From NCBI GenBank assembly GCA_039030515.1, contig JBCCEA010000007.1, positions 1-64,000 on the forward strand: 64,000 bases of DNA, given 5' to 3'. Under the pieces are notes generated by a model, which searched no databases, was not told where the DNA came from, and was given only the letters and a program-made list of their open reading frames with translations. Numbering within the stretch: the stretch's first letter is position 1; every line of letters starts with the position of its first letter. Source of the stretch: Myxococcota bacterium (GTDB taxonomy: Bacteria; Myxococcota_A; Polyangia; Polyangiales; Houyiibacteriaceae). Below are positions 10,194 through 19,468 of the stretch, piece after piece. The translations under genes were made by a program, and so were the position numbers.

Positions 10194-10355
10194 CTTGTTT
10201 GCGCAACGCGGTCCTTCTGAGTTGCATGGTTTGAACGCGTAGTTTTTTCAGAGCTATTGATCAGAGTGCGTGGCACAGAGGGCCACTTGCTTCTCCCGAA
10301 GCACCGTGTTTTTGCCGCCTTGCACCCGGGGGTGGAACCGTGCACATGTACCGAG

Positions 10356-11867
10356 ATGTCTGCTGTCGCTCGTGCTTTGGAGCGCGCACCTGAAGAATCT
10401 CGGCGCAGGTCCTCGCGTTCAGAGATGCCGCACGTTCTTGGACGCTATGTGCTGTTCGATCACATCGGTCGAGGCGGCATGGCGGATATCTATCTGGCGA
10501 TGGCGGCAGACGGCCTTGGAGGCCGACGTCGGATGGTGGTCAAGCAAATCCGTGAGCCTCTCACTGGGGATGCGGTGCTTCATGAAATGCTGATCGCAGA
10601 GGCGAAGCTCGCAGCTCGGCTGAACCACCCCAATATCGTTCAGGTATTCGATTTAGGTAAGGAGCAGGGACGACTCTTCATCGCCATGGAGTATGTCGAA
10701 GGTTACGATCTCAACCAGCTGCTTCGCCGGCTCAGCCAGTCACGGATCGGTTTGCCCGCATCCCATGCGCTCTCGATCGTGTATGGGGTGCTGCGGGCCC
10801 TCGACTACGCACATCGGCTTACCGACGATACAGGGAGACGACTTCGACTCGTCCATCGAGACGTATCGCCCGCCAACATCCTGGTGTCCTTCGAAGGCGA
10901 GATCAAACTTTGCGATTTCGGTATCGCTCAGCTTCTAAACCCACCTCAGGCTTCCGATGAGGAAATCGATCCACCCGGTTTGGACGGTGCGTTTGACCCC
11001 ACGGTCGACGACCTTTCCCAACAGTTTCGCGTGGCGGGCAAGGGCGCCTACATGTCTCCCGAGAACGCCCGAGGAGTGCTTCCAGACGAGCGAGCTGATG
11101 TCTATGCGGTTGGGGTTTTGCTTTGGGAGCTTTGTGCAGGCAGACGGATGTATCGAGGCACCGCACAGGAGACGCTCGACATGGCACGGAAAGGCGCAGC
11201 GCCCCTGCTCCCCCAGCGGGGTTTGCCCGAAGAGCAGATTTTGAGGGCGATCGTGCAAAGAGCCCTCAAGAGCGATCGGAATGAGCGCTACTCGACCGCT
11301 GCAGAGATGTGTCAGGATCTCGAGTACTGGGCATTGCGTGCGGGATTGAGCAGCTCGAATGTACGCTTTGGAACCTTCCTGACCCAGTCCCTCACCGACG
11401 ATATCGTGCGCGTTCGAAGGCAGAAAGAGCGAGCCGTGGAGCCTTTTTTGGGTGCCATGGCGAAGCGCGCTATCGTCTTTTCGATTGCGGTAGACGCTAC
11501 GTCAGTGCGCAACAGCGGTATACGCGATTGGCACTCAATGGATACGCCACTTGCCCCGCGTCCCAAGACCAGCGCACCTTCCGAGGCCCTGCAGCCATCC
11601 AGCATCGCGCAGCCATCCAGCATCGCGCAGCCATCCAGCATCGCGCAGCCATCCGCGAGAACCAAACCTGTGGGCACGAATCGCACGTCTTTAGCGAAAC
11701 GCCGCGCATCACGTCCCTTGGGCAGCATTCCGGTGAAAGGCACTCCACCTGGCGCTGATCTAACTGCAGTACAGAGGCAGCGAGTGCGGAACCGGGCTTT
11801 TGGACTCTGTCTTGGGGCGCTGCTCCTCTGCCTCATCTCGCTCGTCTACGGAGTCATCATCTCTTAG
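10356..11867 (+). CDS. Membrane-anchored Ser/Thr protein kinase (Pkn-type)
   Basis: IGRGGMADIY, VVKQI, HPNIV, HRDVSPAN, CDFGIA, GKGAYMSPE, DVYAVG and a C-terminal TM helix. Alternative starts at 10257 or 10425. Confidence 0.95.
   Translation: MSAVARALERAPEESRRRSSRSEMPHVLGRYVLFDHIGRGGMADIYLAMAADGLGGRRRMVVKQIREPLTGDAVLHEMLIAEAKLAARLNHPNIVQVFDLGKEQGRLFIAMEYVEGYDLNQLLRRLSQSRIGLPASHALSIVYGVLRALDYAHRLTDDTGRRLRLVHRDVSPANILVSFEGEIKLCDFGIAQLLNPPQASDEEIDPPGLDGAFDPTVDDLSQQFRVAGKGAYMSPENARGVLPDERADVYAVGVLLWELCAGRRMYRGTAQETLDMARKGAAPLLPQRGLPEEQILRAIVQRALKSDRNERYSTAAEMCQDLEYWALRAGLSSSNVRFGTFLTQSLTDDIVRVRRQKERAVEPFLGAMAKRAIVFSIAVDATSVRNSGIRDWHSMDTPLAPRPKTSAPSEALQPSSIAQPSSIAQPSSIAQPSARTKPVGTNRTSLAKRRASRPLGSIPVKGTPPGADLTAVQRQRVRNRAFGLCLGALLLCLISLVYGVIIS
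11591..11654. repeat. 18-bp tandem repeat (3.5 copies) encoding QPSSIA
   Basis: GCAGCCATCCAGCATCGC at 11591, 11609 and 11627, plus a partial copy at 11645. Confidence 0.9.
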
Positions 11868-12087
11868 AAAACCTTCTTTGGTCACCGCAGTCACTGGGTT
11901 TATAGAGCTGCACTTGTTTACAGAGCTACACTGGGTTCATGAAATAGGCACGTAGCCCAAGGGACCTATCGAGCTGCAGAGAATGTGCTTATGAAGTCTT
12001 CTCTATTGGAAGGCGCGCACTTTGAGATTCGGGGTTTAGACGACTCGTCGTCCGCTTATGTGCTCTTAAGGATAGACCCGCCCCAGG

Positions 12088-12921
12088 TCAGGATCGTTGT
12101 AGGCGTGCGCGTAGTGCTTTACGGATAGACGCCGCCTGTTCCGGGGAGAGACCCGCCTGCATGGCACTCGCGAGGATGACCGGTGCGATGCGATCGTAGA
12201 CATCGAGTCCGGGAGGATCCTCAAGCTGTAGGGCTTTGCGATGCGCTAAGGCGGTGGGTGCATCTCCCCTCGCGATCGGACCGGTGAGCGCTCTCGGCAT
12301 TCCAAGTTCCGCGATGTTTTGCCCAACCGTGCAAAGTAGTGCGCCTATCGCCCGCTCAGCGTCCCTGCGCTTCATGCCCAGCTTTTCGCAGATCTGAATG
12401 CTCGCTCCGGCCAATGCTGCTGCGCCGTTGGCGACGAGGGTGGCCGAGCCGTGGTACGCCGCTCCCCGGACAGACCAAATCACAGGGTTTGCCCCAGCGG
12501 TCGTGGCGAGTGTTTTTGCGGTACTGCGTGCTTTTCTCGAACCGGAAATGACGAAGGCTGCTTTTCTGAGATCGGGTGGCCGGCGGGATGAAGCAAAGGA
12601 GGCGAGGGGATGCATGCTGCCCACCTCGCCACCCGTCTCGGCGCACGATCGAAGTTCGCTCGCGTCTCGAGCTCCCGCACAGTGCAAAATCACCGCGCCT
12701 TTCACAATGACTGCCGAGAGTCGATCCGAGACCTCAGCGATACAGTGGTCGGGCACGGCGAGCACCACGACTTCTTTTTCCTGAACCTGCTTGAGCCGTG
12801 CAGTTCGCCCTGAGACGAGTCGGACCTCGAACGGACCATCCTTGAGGGCTCGCAGCAATCCATGACCAACCTTGCCTCTGCCGAGGATCGTGACCTTTTC
12901 GATGGCGGTTTTCGTGTGCAT
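12088..12921 (-). CDS. Rossmann-like plus DUF2520 oxidoreductase (PanG-like ketopantoate reductase family)
   Basis: ILGRGKVG, LAVPD, HCAGA, MHPLASF, YHGSA, LTGPIARGD. Confidence 0.85.
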   Translation of the reverse strand: MHTKTAIEKVTILGRGKVGHGLLRALKDGPFEVRLVSGRTARLKQVQEKEVVVLAVPDHCIAEVSDRLSAVIVKGAVILHCAGARDASELRSCAETGGEVGSMHPLASFASSRRPPDLRKAAFVISGSRKARSTAKTLATTAGANPVIWSVRGAAYHGSATLVANGAAALAGASIQICEKLGMKRRDAERAIGALLCTVGQNIAELGMPRALTGPIARGDAPTALAHRKALQLEDPPGLDVYDRIAPVILASAMQAGLSPEQAASIRKALRARLQRS

Positions 12922-12933
12922 CTCGAGCCGAGT

Positions 12934-13524
12934 CTATTCGATTTCGGAGATATCGCCCTCGAGAGCGGAGGCTTTGGACTCGTAAAGACGGTGCGCCCGA
13001 ATGTAGTCGATAACCGAATCTGGGAGGATACGGCTTATTTTGCTGCCTTGCTGCAAAGCAGCCCGTGCCTCCGACGAGCTGATGCGTGGCAGCTGTACGG
13101 TGTGGGTCGCCTCCCTCGAGTACCCGCTGCGTCCTACGACCAAAAGCGGAGCTTTGACAAGCAGCTCTTCCGATCGGTGCCAACGGCTAATTTCCGAAAC
13201 TAGGTCTGCGCCGACGACTAGCCTCCAACGAATCGAGGGATAGCGTGTGCACAGCGCTGAAAGGGTATCAAAGGTTCGGCTCACGCCTCCGAGCTCTGCC
13301 TCGATATTGGACACGATCGCACGATGGTTTGAAGCAAAGGCGAGGCTGCACATGGCTAATCGGTCCTGGTAGGATGCATCTGCAGTCTTACCCAAAGCGT
13401 GCTGGTAGGTGGGTACCACCAGGATCCGTTCGATCTCCCGGCGTTCTGCCACGTACGTCGCTACCAAGATATGTCCCATGTGCGGCGGATCGAAGCTCCC
13501 ACCGTAGAGTGCAAAGGTGGTCAA
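12934..13524 (-). CDS. nadD: Nicotinate-nucleotide adenylyltransferase
   Basis: YGGSFDPPHMGH (HxGH), LVVGAD, RWH, ISSS. Confidence 0.92.
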   Translation of the reverse strand: MTTFALYGGSFDPPHMGHILVATYVAERREIERILVVPTYQHALGKTADASYQDRLAMCSLAFASNHRAIVSNIEAELGGVSRTFDTLSALCTRYPSIRWRLVVGADLVSEISRWHRSEELLVKAPLLVVGRSGYSREATHTVQLPRISSSEARAALQQGSKISRILPDSVIDYIRAHRLYESKASALEGDISEIE

Positions 13525-14129
13525 TCCCGCACCTGCATCTTTGTGGCTCGAGCGCTCAGGGTTTCCCGAAATACGAGGGTACCTTGGAGGTCATAGGCCA
13601 CGATCGACACGGACTGCTCGCTGTCCACTTCGATCACCGCAACGCGATTTTGCTCTAGCGGTCCAGGTGTAAAAAAATATCGAGGCCCGAACTGCTTCAA
13701 AAACACTTCGCTCGATTTGCCGTATACGATCAACGTGGCGTTGGCGATATCGTCCTCGTCGAGGATGGCTTTGTCGTAGACGACGAGGACGATTCTGTCG
13801 GAAACCATTTCAACGTCCCGTTCCGGCGGTCGCGGCACCGACCGGATCTTGCGAAGTCGCGTGACTTTCTGGTCGGCGTCTAAAAGCTCTGCGATCTCAT
13901 CAGCCGAGCCTCTCAAAATCAGTTGCGCGGCGTAATCGAGAAAGCGAACCTCATCGAAGCGGCCGTGGGTCACCTCGTCGATCCATTCCCGCATGATTCG
14001 ATCGATTTTTCCGTCAACTCCAAGGTAGATCACCTCGTCTGCACTTGCTTCGTCGAGCAAGAACTCAAGGGCGCGTCTTAGGATCTTCGGATCGCTAAAG
14101 CATGGTCCTACCAAACCGATGCGCGTCAT
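13521..14129 (-). CDS. Hypothetical protein, possibly a degenerate metallophosphoesterase fold
   Basis: ATGA overlap with the upstream TPR gene. RIGLVG...VIYLGVD...FFTPG resembles the metallophosphoesterase motif layout without the DxH ligands. Confidence 0.7.
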   Translation of the reverse strand: MTRIGLVGPCFSDPKILRRALEFLLDEASADEVIYLGVDGKIDRIMREWIDEVTHGRFDEVRFLDYAAQLILRGSADEIAELLDADQKVTRLRKIRSVPRPPERDVEMVSDRIVLVVYDKAILDEDDIANATLIVYGKSSEVFLKQFGPRYFFTPGPLEQNRVAVIEVDSEQSVSIVAYDLQGTLVFRETLSARATKMQVRD

Positions 14130-17100
14130 AAGGTTCTCTTGTCGGTTTCCGTTTGCTCCCTCACGGAACACAGGGTCTTTGAGGTGGCAAAACGCAGCAA
14201 GGACCACGCTTCTGGAACACTTCGGATCGCTTGTGCTCTCGACTGAAAGTCGCCATCGAGAGGCTGACCGGCGAGCTTGAGAAGGGAGGAGAGCGCTACC
14301 GGGACCGAGCCGATAGAGAGAAGAGCTGCGCGATTGCCGAGCTGGGAAGCCGCGACGGCCAGATTCTCAGAGCTAAATTGAGGGTGGCCCACCATCTCAA
14401 GAACCATGGGCTGAAGTTCCTCGCGCCTCTTTCGCCCGAGGGACCTGTGAAGCTTGCGTGAAAAATCATCTAGCTTGGGAAGTGGGTTGCCTTTCGGCTT
14501 GATCGAGGGGTCTACCAATCGTTGTAGTCCGTAAACAACAAGTGCAAATTCTTCTTGCTGCGTACGTAGCGCTACAGAGAGCTTGGAAGCAGCCACTTTC
14601 GCGGCGCGCACGAGAAGGAAGGTTTGCTCTTGTGGGGTGAGAGATGCGAGTAACTCCTCCCCAAACAGTACGGTGATCGGGGAGTCTCGGATGGGAATAC
14701 ATGCTGTCGGAGCAAGGTCGGTGGTCAACACTTGGATCTCGGACACATCAAACCAGCGAGCTACTTTGGCTGCATGAAGGCGAATGGGCGCCTCCTTGGC
14801 TGCCTTCTGTGGTTTCAGAACACGCAGGTCGAGGCTTAACAGCTTGTCAAAGGCGTCTTGTGCAGTCTTGAATACAAAACGAGCGGCTGGAGACCATGCA
14901 GACGGTGCGAGCAACTCGTCGAGGGCCGGATCCGCGCCTCGCTCCGCAGCACCGGGGATGTCTCCCGAAACCCCCAGGAGTTCACGATGGTGCTCATGTT
15001 CTATGCCCAACGCCACGCATGCCGAGGCACAGCATCTCGCTGCATCCAAGCGTCCTCGCCAACGGTGAATCTCAACCAAGCCCTCCCAGGAACCACGCTC
15101 AACGGCGTTGGTGTCGACCGCCCTCTGGAATTCCTTGAGTGATCGACTTAGATGCATCCCAAGTGCAGAGGCGTCGTCATGACGCTCATAGAACTGCGTG
15201 ATCGTTTTGAGTATATGCAAATCTAAAGGTGCACTTCGTCGGGTTTGCTCGAGCGTGGCTTCCGCACGTTTTAGGTCTCCTAGCTCTTCCAGGCATTCCG
15301 CGAACGCGATTCGATAGTCTCGGTTGCGCTCGGGATCGCTCACGATCTGGGTGAGGTCGGTGAGCATCTCGCACGCTTTCTGAAACTCCCCCTCTCTGCG
15401 ATAGAGCGTGGCGAGGCGGTCCAGAGTATCCAAGTCACTCGGTGCTGTCTTCAGAACTCGAAGATAGGCAGCTTCTGCTCGTTTTGGCTCGGGCAGGTGG
15501 GTATCGTAAATTTCACCAAGCCTAAAAAAGAGTTGCTTGAGTTCTGTACGGTCGCTCGCCTGTCGGGCCATCTTGATCAGCGCTTCCGCAGCGCCTCGCC
15601 AATCTTCATCGGCACAACACACCTCTGAAAGCCTTTGCAGTACCTCTTTGTGGTTTGGCTTCAGCGAAAGCGCGTGCTTCAAGCTTTGCTTTGCTGATTT
15701 GAGTGCTCCGATTTTTGCGGAGATACCGGCATGGTCGAGATCGAGAGCGATCAGTTCCTCAGCGGGGCCTCCAGCCCGGATACGTTGGCTTATCAGCTCA
15801 AGAAGCCCGTCGCTGTCTCCTCGAGAGAGGAAGATCGCTTTGGTACGCTCGAAGGTATCGCGGTACGTAACGTCGGCACGTACCACTCTCTCAAGCGCTG
15901 CGAGGGAGGAGGTCGGATCATTCAGATGATCCGCGTGAACCCGAGCGACCTCGTAGAGAAGTTCCGTTCGGCGGCGGTCGCTCTTTGAGAGTTCAGAGGC
16001 TTTCTCGAAGTGGTTAGTCGCCTCTTCAAACGCTCCAGAAGCAAGTAGGATCCGCGCCGAGTACTCATGCACAAAGAGATGATCCGGTTGCTGACGCGCC
16101 GCCTCGAGAACCTTCAAGACAGCTTCGTCTGATTTTCCGGCAGCGAGTAGTGCCTCGGCTGTCCGTATCTTGGCAGTTGCTTTCTCTAACGGGGAAGCAA
16201 AGGAGTCTTCAAGGGCGTGCCGGGCTTCGGCGATGAGTTCGATTTTCTTATCTGGCTCCGCGCTTTTACGTAATATCGTGTTTCCTTCTACGGTGAGCCA
16301 CATACGTGCGACCCAGGGAAGTTCATGGAGGGCTTCACGCACTCGGAAGATGAGCGGGTCGATGCGCCGGACAGGGATCGCCTTTGTCTGATCGCGGGTC
16401 ATCATTCGAATTGCGAGTCGGGCGTGTGCGGCGGCGTCGGTGGCGTCGGTGAGATGCTCTGCGAGGCTCGCTTCGATCGAAACCAGGTCTTCGATTCGAT
16501 TCATCCGCATGAGATAGCGCTCAACGCAGCGAAGACTCGGTATGTGTCCCGGGGATACTTCGAGTAAGGCTTGCCGGGCGAGTATTGCACTGGAGGTGTC
16601 GTTTCTCTCGTGCTGCTCAAAATCGGCTAGTTCCTCAAGCGTCGTGATCTGTTCTTCGACGGAGATCGCGTTTTTCGCAGCGGTCATCCGCCGATTGGCT
16701 GCGTTCGTAAGCTTGTCGTTGACGAGTTCGATACGGTCAAGTGCGATCAGCGCAAATGGATCCTCTGGGGAGTCCGAAAGCAGCTCTTGATAGATCTTCT
16801 CAGCGTTCTCTAGGTTTCCTGTATTGGAAAACAACAGTGCTGCGCGCAATTTTGCACTGCGCGAGAAGTCTGGTGAGAGTTCGCTTGCGATTTGCTGAAG
16901 GTAGTCGGCTTCGTCTTGGAGGGGGTCAGGAAGGCTATGTTTGCTTCGAAGACTGCGCAGTATGGGGTCCAAAGGCGAGAGTGTGAGTGCCTCCTCGAGA
17001 GCGAATCTTGCCTTCTCGGGCGACTCGGAGAGCCGGATTGCGGCGCGAACGAGACGGGTGCAGGCAAAGGAGGTCTTCTCTGAGCCTGCAAGATCTCTCT

Positions 17101-19468
17101 GAATGCGAGCTGCCTCTTCCAACTGACCTTCTTTTCGGAAGATGTCCTCGAGGTTCCAAATCGCAGGTCGATACTGCGCTGAGGCTTGGGTGGCCCTCCT
17201 AAACATCGATCTTGCGTCTTCGCCTAGTCGATGCAGGAGTCTTCCCGTCATGGTGGCTGCAGCTGCCGCGGAATGGCCGGTCTGGTTCTCGGATTCCTCT
17301 TGCCAGATCAAGGCGGCATCCTTCGGATCGCGATCCATGACGCGCCGGGCCAGGGAATATCGAAGTAGCGAAGCCGATAGTTGAGAAGTTTCGGTGGCGC
17401 GGAGAAGTTTGATTGTCTCGCTGGACCTTCCAAGAGACTCGAGGAGCCCTGCCTTCGTGAGCACCGGTCCTGCTCGTTGCGATAGATCCCCTTGTGCACT
17501 AACGCGCTCGAGGGCTTCGACCATCGCCTCTATGTCACGGTGCTCTGTCGCCGCATCCAGGGTGATCGTATCGGCCGTCAGCGATCCCTGTTGAGCTGCT
17601 TGAGTCAGCAGGGATCGCTCCTCGATATGAGCGTTCGGCTCCATCGCGCTCTTGGCCGCACTTACGATGGCGCTGGTCGACGTCTCGAGTTTCGTCTCAC
17701 CAAAGTGAGGATGCTCGCCTCGTCGACGAACGAGCATCTCCTGAGCGACCCGAATGAGGCTGAGTGCTCTGTCTGCGGAAGCAGCCTCCTTGAGTGCAGA
17801 CTGGGCCTCGTCCAGTCGATTCTGCTCCGCATACGCTTCTGATAGAGAAAGAAAGGCGAGGGCTCGCTCCGTAGAGATCGTGTCGTTGCAGAGTGACTGC
17901 AGGGCTTGAATCCGCAGCTGCTCGTGCTTCGAACGCCTGGCCGCCTCAGCCATCGTTCGATACGCCAAAGGATTGGTACACGACCGCACCGCCTCTAGGG
18001 CCTCTTGATGGTCGCCGCTTGCGAGATAGAGCTTGGCTGCAGCTCGATGAAGTGCTTCTCGTAACCGGCGAGTCTTGATGAGTTCGGATGCCTGCAGCAG
18101 TGCAGATGCAGCTTCCGATAGATCCCCGAGTCGCTTGGCACATCGCGCGATTCCAAGTAGCGCGTCAAAACTACTTGGGTCTGCCTCCAGCGCACGCTCG
18201 TAGGTCGCTTTTGCGTGGCGACCTTGGCCTCCACGTTCTGCATGGCGCGCGAGCTCGACCCAGACGGTCGCTGCGAGTTTAGGGTCTTTCGTTGTCTGTG
18301 CAAGTACCACAAGCGCTTGGAGCGCCTCCTGTGGTTTTTCGAGAGCAAAACAGGTTTCAGCCCGAAGCATTGCCGCAGGGGCGCACCTTTGCGCTTCAAT
18401 GGCCCGTCCGGCCCACACCGCTGCCTGTACAGGTGTATTCAGCTGGGCGAGCTGTACCTCTGCTAGCTTCATCATCAAGAGGCATTGATCCTCTTTTGAC
18501 AGATCAAGTCTGGATTCCTCTTGAAGCAGTCGAGCTACTTCACTCCACGCATCGCTGTGTTCTGCTACGCGGCGGCAGGCTCGGTTGGACAGGAGGTGCG
18601 CAGGGTCTTTCTCGTTGCAGATGCGGTAAAGCGCCTGCGCCGGCTCGAGCTCTCCGAGTTCTTCACTGAGTTCTGCGGCGGCTAAAAGTGCGTCTACTCG
18701 AAATCCTCTATCGATTTTTTTCGCAAGCGCTTTGAGCAACTCGTGACGTGCACGAAGTGCTTCTGGTCCGTCGCCGACGAGGGGAAAGTGTTCGGTACGT
18801 CTCTTGGTCTTATGAACCGTTCGCTCTGCGACCGCAGCTCCCCGGTCCTCAGGAGGAACGCTTGGATCCTCTGGAGGTATACTCGAAAAAGTCGTCTGTT
18901 CGGCAGCCATCGGCTGAAGCCCAAAAGTCTCTGCCTCCAAGGGCGGCAGACGACTGTGCTTTCCAGTCTCCTGCTCTTCGAAATTATCGAGAAACCCAAG
19001 CCCTTCGCTTAGGGACGGGTAGGGTGAATCGCGGATCTCCCGAAGTGGAAAGCTCGCTTCTGGAGCAGTCGACGGGTTTAGGCTACTACTGCCGCCCGGC
19101 TCTGAAGCATCAAGGTCTATCGGCGTTCTAGGGGCCCTGAAGCTCTCGAGCAGAGTTCCCTCGGACTCTGAAAGATTCGGTGGTCCGGGGGGCTCGCTGA
19201 AGGGTTCATCGAGTACAGGTTCTTGCGCTTTGAGGTATCGCTCTGAGAAGGCAGATTGTGCGCTAGGGGCGTCAAAAAAACCTTCGGGCAGTTTCGAAAT
19301 GCGCGTCTCGGCTTCGTCCTCTGAGACGTGAAGCTGCGGGGTGTCGGAGAGGGCTCCCTGGCGTAGGTCATTTGTTCCATCTTTATGTAAGATTTGCTCA
19401 AAGCCTTTTTCCCATTCGTCCAGCGCGGAGTCGAAGTCGGCGTCCCCATTGTCTTTTTCACCGGTCAT
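14126..19468 (-). CDS. Giant TPR-repeat protein (1780 aa)
   Basis: Acidic disordered N-terminus, many TPR-like helical repeats (e.g. YERALEADP, AEAAYLRVLKTAP) and a C-terminal NRAALL domain. Confidence 0.9.
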   Translation of the reverse strand: MTGEKDNGDADFDSALDEWEKGFEQILHKDGTNDLRQGALSDTPQLHVSEDEAETRISKLPEGFFDAPSAQSAFSERYLKAQEPVLDEPFSEPPGPPNLSESEGTLLESFRAPRTPIDLDASEPGGSSSLNPSTAPEASFPLREIRDSPYPSLSEGLGFLDNFEEQETGKHSRLPPLEAETFGLQPMAAEQTTFSSIPPEDPSVPPEDRGAAVAERTVHKTKRRTEHFPLVGDGPEALRARHELLKALAKKIDRGFRVDALLAAAELSEELGELEPAQALYRICNEKDPAHLLSNRACRRVAEHSDAWSEVARLLQEESRLDLSKEDQCLLMMKLAEVQLAQLNTPVQAAVWAGRAIEAQRCAPAAMLRAETCFALEKPQEALQALVVLAQTTKDPKLAATVWVELARHAERGGQGRHAKATYERALEADPSSFDALLGIARCAKRLGDLSEAASALLQASELIKTRRLREALHRAAAKLYLASGDHQEALEAVRSCTNPLAYRTMAEAARRSKHEQLRIQALQSLCNDTISTERALAFLSLSEAYAEQNRLDEAQSALKEAASADRALSLIRVAQEMLVRRRGEHPHFGETKLETSTSAIVSAAKSAMEPNAHIEERSLLTQAAQQGSLTADTITLDAATEHRDIEAMVEALERVSAQGDLSQRAGPVLTKAGLLESLGRSSETIKLLRATETSQLSASLLRYSLARRVMDRDPKDAALIWQEESENQTGHSAAAAATMTGRLLHRLGEDARSMFRRATQASAQYRPAIWNLEDIFRKEGQLEEAARIQRDLAGSEKTSFACTRLVRAAIRLSESPEKARFALEEALTLSPLDPILRSLRSKHSLPDPLQDEADYLQQIASELSPDFSRSAKLRAALLFSNTGNLENAEKIYQELLSDSPEDPFALIALDRIELVNDKLTNAANRRMTAAKNAISVEEQITTLEELADFEQHERNDTSSAILARQALLEVSPGHIPSLRCVERYLMRMNRIEDLVSIEASLAEHLTDATDAAAHARLAIRMMTRDQTKAIPVRRIDPLIFRVREALHELPWVARMWLTVEGNTILRKSAEPDKKIELIAEARHALEDSFASPLEKATAKIRTAEALLAAGKSDEAVLKVLEAARQQPDHLFVHEYSARILLASGAFEEATNHFEKASELSKSDRRRTELLYEVARVHADHLNDPTSSLAALERVVRADVTYRDTFERTKAIFLSRGDSDGLLELISQRIRAGGPAEELIALDLDHAGISAKIGALKSAKQSLKHALSLKPNHKEVLQRLSEVCCADEDWRGAAEALIKMARQASDRTELKQLFFRLGEIYDTHLPEPKRAEAAYLRVLKTAPSDLDTLDRLATLYRREGEFQKACEMLTDLTQIVSDPERNRDYRIAFAECLEELGDLKRAEATLEQTRRSAPLDLHILKTITQFYERHDDASALGMHLSRSLKEFQRAVDTNAVERGSWEGLVEIHRWRGRLDAARCCASACVALGIEHEHHRELLGVSGDIPGAAERGADPALDELLAPSAWSPAARFVFKTAQDAFDKLLSLDLRVLKPQKAAKEAPIRLHAAKVARWFDVSEIQVLTTDLAPTACIPIRDSPITVLFGEELLASLTPQEQTFLLVRAAKVAASKLSVALRTQQEEFALVVYGLQRLVDPSIKPKGNPLPKLDDFSRKLHRSLGRKRREELQPMVLEMVGHPQFSSENLAVAASQLGNRAALLSIGSVPVALSSLLKLAGQPLDGDFQSRAQAIRSVPEAWSLLRFATSKTLCSVREQTETDKRTL

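Noticed and set aside
11892..11937. Degenerate 18-19-bp intergenic repeats (CACTGGGTTTATAGAGCT-like)
   Set aside because: Only about 2.5 imperfect copies between convergent genes, and no function can be supported.
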